Origin: Octopus vulgaris
Lineage: Eukaryota
Assembly (NCBI GenBank): GCA_951406725.2
Contig: OX597826.1
Coordinates: 74,772,001-74,836,000, forward strand
DNA: 64,000 nucleotides
Reading direction: 5' to 3'
This document shows, piece after piece, positions 58,485 to 64,000 of this stretch (position 1 is its first letter; each line of letters begins with the position of its first letter). Both the position numbers and the translations under genes were made by a program. The notes beneath the pieces were generated by a model. It did not search any database. It saw only the letters and a program-made list of their open reading frames with translations, and was not told the DNA's origin.

Positions 58485-58968
58485 ACACACACCATATAGT
58501 ATATATGTGTGTGTATGTGTGTGTGTGTGCGTGTATTATTTACGTAAATACTATATTATATTATATGTAAAGACGCGTGGCCTAATGGTTACCGTATTGC
58601 ATTCACGATCACTAGATCGTGTGTTCGATTCCCAGACTGGACGGCGAGTTCTGTTCTTGAGCAAAACACTCCATTTCACGGTGTTCCTGTCCACTCAGCT
58701 GTAAATGGGTCACTTTGTGATGGAATAACCTTCCGATCAGGGAGGACAAACAAGGACAGACAAATGGATTAAGTCGATTATATCGACCCCAGTGCGTAAC
58801 TGATAGTTAATTTATCGACCCCGAAAGGATGAAAGGCAAAGTCGACCTCGGCGGAATTTGAACTCAGAACGTAGCGGCAGACGAAATACCGCTAAGCCCG
58901 GCGCACTAACGTTTCTGCCAGCTCACTGCCTCAAGGAGGATGTTATATTAATATTAAAGAAAAGGAAC

Positions 58969-59109
58969 CAGGGACGAACTGAGAGTATTAAGGGGCCTTG
59001 AGCTTGACTGTTTACCGGGCCCCTTAGCGTTGATATCAAAGAGTTAACATGTAGAGAGATCTGGGCCCTCGGGCAGTGCCCAGTTGACCGACGGCTCAGT
59101 CCGCCTCTG
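58969..59109. mobile_element. hAT-type MITE
   Basis: TIRs CAGGGACGAACTGAG / CTCAGTCCGCCTCTG, with flanks AAAGGAAC / GAAGGGAC. Confidence 0.55.
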
Positions 59110-59456
59110 GAAGGGACTATAAATTCTGTCATCGAAGATGAAGAGAATGGCCACTCGGTGGCTTTGGATAAAGAAGGAATGCCAATGGCTTGCTGGTATT
59201 GGAATGCAAGCTGGGACTTGACCAACCCCGAAAGGGTCAATTGGCCCGACAACCCTCTGAGATCCAAGAAACGGTGTTGATGATGCATTGCACAGCATTC
59301 GTGTTAGAGATCTTGAAAATAAAAAAAAAAAAAACATTTATAAATTATGTGCTTTAGAAATTCGATTCGCAACTTAGTGGTTCATCTTGCACAAGTGTTC
59401 TCTTGGGTTAAGCAAACTTCATGAGCGGAATTTAGTTGGGAAAACTGTAAGGTAGC

Positions 59457-59539
<83 letters not shown>

Positions 59540-60117
59540 TTTATGTGTCTGTTTTTGTTTCCCCACCATCGCTTGACAACCAATGCTGGTGTGTTTCCGT
59601 TCCTCGTGAATTAACGGTTCGGCAAAAAGACCCGATAGAATAAGTACTAGGCTCACAAAACAATAAGCCTTGTGGACGATTTGTTCGACAAAAGGCAGTG
59701 CTCCAGCATGGCCGCAGTCAAAAAAATGACTGAAACAATTAAAAGTAATAAAAGAACGATGAGTCGGAATGTATGGCGAAGCGGGGAAGGAGAAAGACGA
59801 GATACGTTTGTTTCTCGAAGAAGAGAGAAAAATGTTATGGTCGCCTCTGGAAAGGAGTTCCATCCTGATCGAAGGCCCTAATTGATGTATGGCAAGGAGT
59901 CTCCAGCGGGGGATTGAGTCGGGGAGAGGCAACAAAAAGAAACTGAGTGCTCAGAATGGAAGATGAGGCAAAGAGACTGTCTACCTACGTTCGTTGTACT
60001 TCTAACCATGTGTTGTGTCCCCTTATGTCTGTGTGTGTGTGCGCGTGTTTACATATACAATATATGCACGTGTACATATGCTTACACATATGTATACAAA
60101 CACACACACACACATAT

Positions 60118-60193
<76 letters not shown>

Positions 60194-60409
60194 CAGTTGT
60201 GGTGCACCTGAGCACTGCATACAATAATTTCATTATTATTATTATTATTAGATGTTCAAACACAAGTACGCCTATATATTTCCGTGTATTGCTTCTTTCC
60301 CGGCGACTCTAGCCCTGTCCATCCTTTCACGGGTCAAACATGCAGCCATGTATACATACAGTCGTAAGCACACCTATAGATAGGTAAGTACTTATACACA
60401 CTCACACAA

Positions 60410-61580
<1,171 letters not shown>

Positions 61581-61974
61581 GATGAACGAGAACAATGTCT
61601 TTTGAGTGAAGAGAAATGGTAAATCGATCATTGGGTTTAATATTAGATAAGAGGCAACAAGGAAAAGGTCAAGATTATAGGAGGCAAGATGGCGAAGAGG
61701 GGGGAATCAAAAGACGGAAGCGGTGTGCCGTGGTTTCGTTTCGCTTCGGATGATGAGAGCTTGAGATTACCAATGTCTTCATTGCCAAGGAAGCATGAAG
61801 AGACGAGGACGATATTTGCAGAAGCGACTTCTTCACGGGGAAAATATTTGGGAAGAAAATTGTTGTCTGTTGTACTGGTTGACCTTCTTCCTGTTCTTAC
61901 TGACATCGGTAAGATTTCGCCCCGAGGAAAGCGAACGGGGGCTTCTTAAACAATTAGGAAGGTTCTAAGTCCTA

Positions 61975-62098
61975 TGTGTGTATGTGTGTGTGTGTGTGTG
62001 TGTGTGTTTGTATGTATGTTTGTATGTACGTTTGTATGTATGTATGTATGTATGTATGTATGCATGTATGTATGTATGTATGCATGTATGTATGTTTG

Positions 62099-62132
<34 letters not shown>

Positions 62133-62920
62133 TGTATGTATGTATGTATGTATGTATGTCTGTATCTATGTATATATGTAATGTATGTATGTATGTATGT
62201 ATGTTTGTATGTATGTATGTGTGTATGTGTGTATGTCTGTCTGTCTGTATGTATGTATGTATGTATGTATGTATGTTTGTTTGTATGTATGTATGTATGT
62301 ATGTATGTATGTATGTATGTATGTATGTATGTATGTATGTATGTATGTATGTGTGTGTGTATGCGCGTATGTGTGTATCTGTGTGTGCATGGGCGCATGT
62401 GTGTGTATGTAAGTGCGTATGCATCTATTATGTATATATGTGTGTATGTATGTGTATGTACGTGTATATATATATATGTATACATGAATGTATATGTATA
62501 TGTAAGTATGTATGTATGTATGTATGTGCGTATGTATATATGCGTGTATGTATGTATGTATGTATGTATGTGCGTTTGTATGTATGCATGTGTGTATGTA
62601 TGTATATATATATTTGTATACATGAATGTATGTATGTGTGTAAGCATGTGTATGTGATTGTATGTATATATGAATGTATGTATACATGAATGTATGTATA
62701 TATGTATGTATGTGTGTAAGTATTACGTGTGTGTGTATGTATGCGTGTATGTATATGTGTGTATGTATGTGTGTGTATGTATGTGTATATGTATGTATGT
62801 GTGTATGTATGTACGTGTGTATGTATATATGTATGTATGTTTGTGTGTAAGTATGTATGCACGTACGCTACGTGTGTATGTCCGTAGTATGTACGTGTGT
62901 ATGCACGTACATTTCTATGT

Positions 62921-62959
<39 letters not shown>

Positions 62960-62980
62960 ATATGTGTGCGTGCGTGTCAC
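61975..62980. repeat. (TATG/TG)n microsatellite
   Basis: Direct inspection. Confidence 0.95.
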
Positions 62981-63268
62981 TAGTTTAACAATTTCAAATA
63001 TTCAGAAAGTGACACTTGTGCCACACAGTCTTTTGTTGCTGTGTAATCTGATGGGTTGGCGCTTTTACCCCCTTTTATTTTCCTAAGGAAAGTCATGACA
63101 CAAATTTATCTGGGCTTAGTACATCCGATATACGGGTGCCGTGTCATCCACCCACGATGTTATGTCTAAAGCTCCTAACTTCCGCTATTGTCCCATGACA
63201 CACACAAGGATAGTGAACGCAGATACGCTAATTAACTGATACGAGTAATCATTTTGTTAATTGGTGTT

Positions 63269-63840
63269 AGGCGGCGAGCTGGCAGAATCGTTAGCACACC
63301 GGACGAAATGCTTAGCGGTATTTCGTCTGTCTTTACGTTCTGAGTTCAAATTCCGCCGAGGTCGACTTTGCCTTTCATCCTTCGGGGTCGATTAAATAAG
63401 TACCAGTTACGCACTGGGGTCGATATAATCGACTTAATCCGTTTGTCTGTCTTTATTTGTCCTCTCTGTGTTTAGCCCCTTGTGGGTAGTAAAGAAATAG
63501 GTATTTCGTCTGCCGCTATGTTCTGAGTTCAAATTCCGACGAGGTCGACTTTGCCTTTCATCCTTTCGGGGTCGATAAATTAAGTACCAGTTACGCACTG
63601 GGGTCGAAATATTATCGACTTAATCCATATGTCTGTCCTTGTTTGTCCTCTCTGTGTTTAGCCCCTTGTGGGCAGTAAAGAAATAGGTATTTCGTCAAAT
63701 TTCAAATTCTGCCGCGGTCCACTTTGTCTTTCATCCTTTCGGGGTCGATAAATTAAGTACCAGTTGTGTACTGAGGTCGATCTAATTGATTGTCACCCCC
63801 TCCCCAAAAGTTTCGGTCCTTGTGCCTAGAGTAGAATAGA
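63269..63840 (+). mobile_element. SINE family B multimer with intact head and tail
   Basis: Head GGCGGCGAGCTGGCAGAATCG. Unit junctions at 63500 and 63686. Confidence 0.87.
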
Positions 63841-64000
63841 ATTTTGCTAGTTTGTGGACGGCAGTTCAATCCCTAGATCCGTTAAGCTTATATACGTTGG
63901 TGAAGCGTAACAAACATATGCCAACCCAAGTTATGAAATAATTAATTAGGAGGATATCCTTATTAAGGACAATAGAATGACACTAATCTAAACTCGTAGA

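Noticed and set aside
61643-61949. Non-repetitive short ORFs on both strands
   Set aside because: No recognisable domain. It may be a LINE ORF1 relic, but that is not supportable without a search.

Overview
Eukaryotic, repeat-saturated animal DNA. The SINE families, microsatellite density and intron sizes point to an octopus, but this is inference. Nearly all ORFs in the track are microsatellite artefacts. The only supportable host gene is a divergent beta-tubulin on the minus strand. Five internal exons (codons 20-325) have canonical GT-AG junctions and consistent phases, and one intron is 33,333 bp. Exon 1 and the C-terminal exon(s) are not recognisable in the window. The introns hold three tRNA-derived SINE families, an RTE LINE 3' fragment, a (TAA)n-embedded element, two non-autonomous Helitrons, hAT-type and Merlin-type MITEs, a 27-bp minisatellite and a decayed Penelope-like (PLE) reverse transcriptase. 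The strongest hidden signal is 9-10 minimal type I hammerhead ribozyme (HHR) motifs from several unrelated sequence families, mostly with palindromic stem III and sitting next to microsatellites. They include a perfect 200-bp inverted repeat with an HHR in each arm and a composite element made of a tRNA-like Pol III head, (AAT)n and an HHR.
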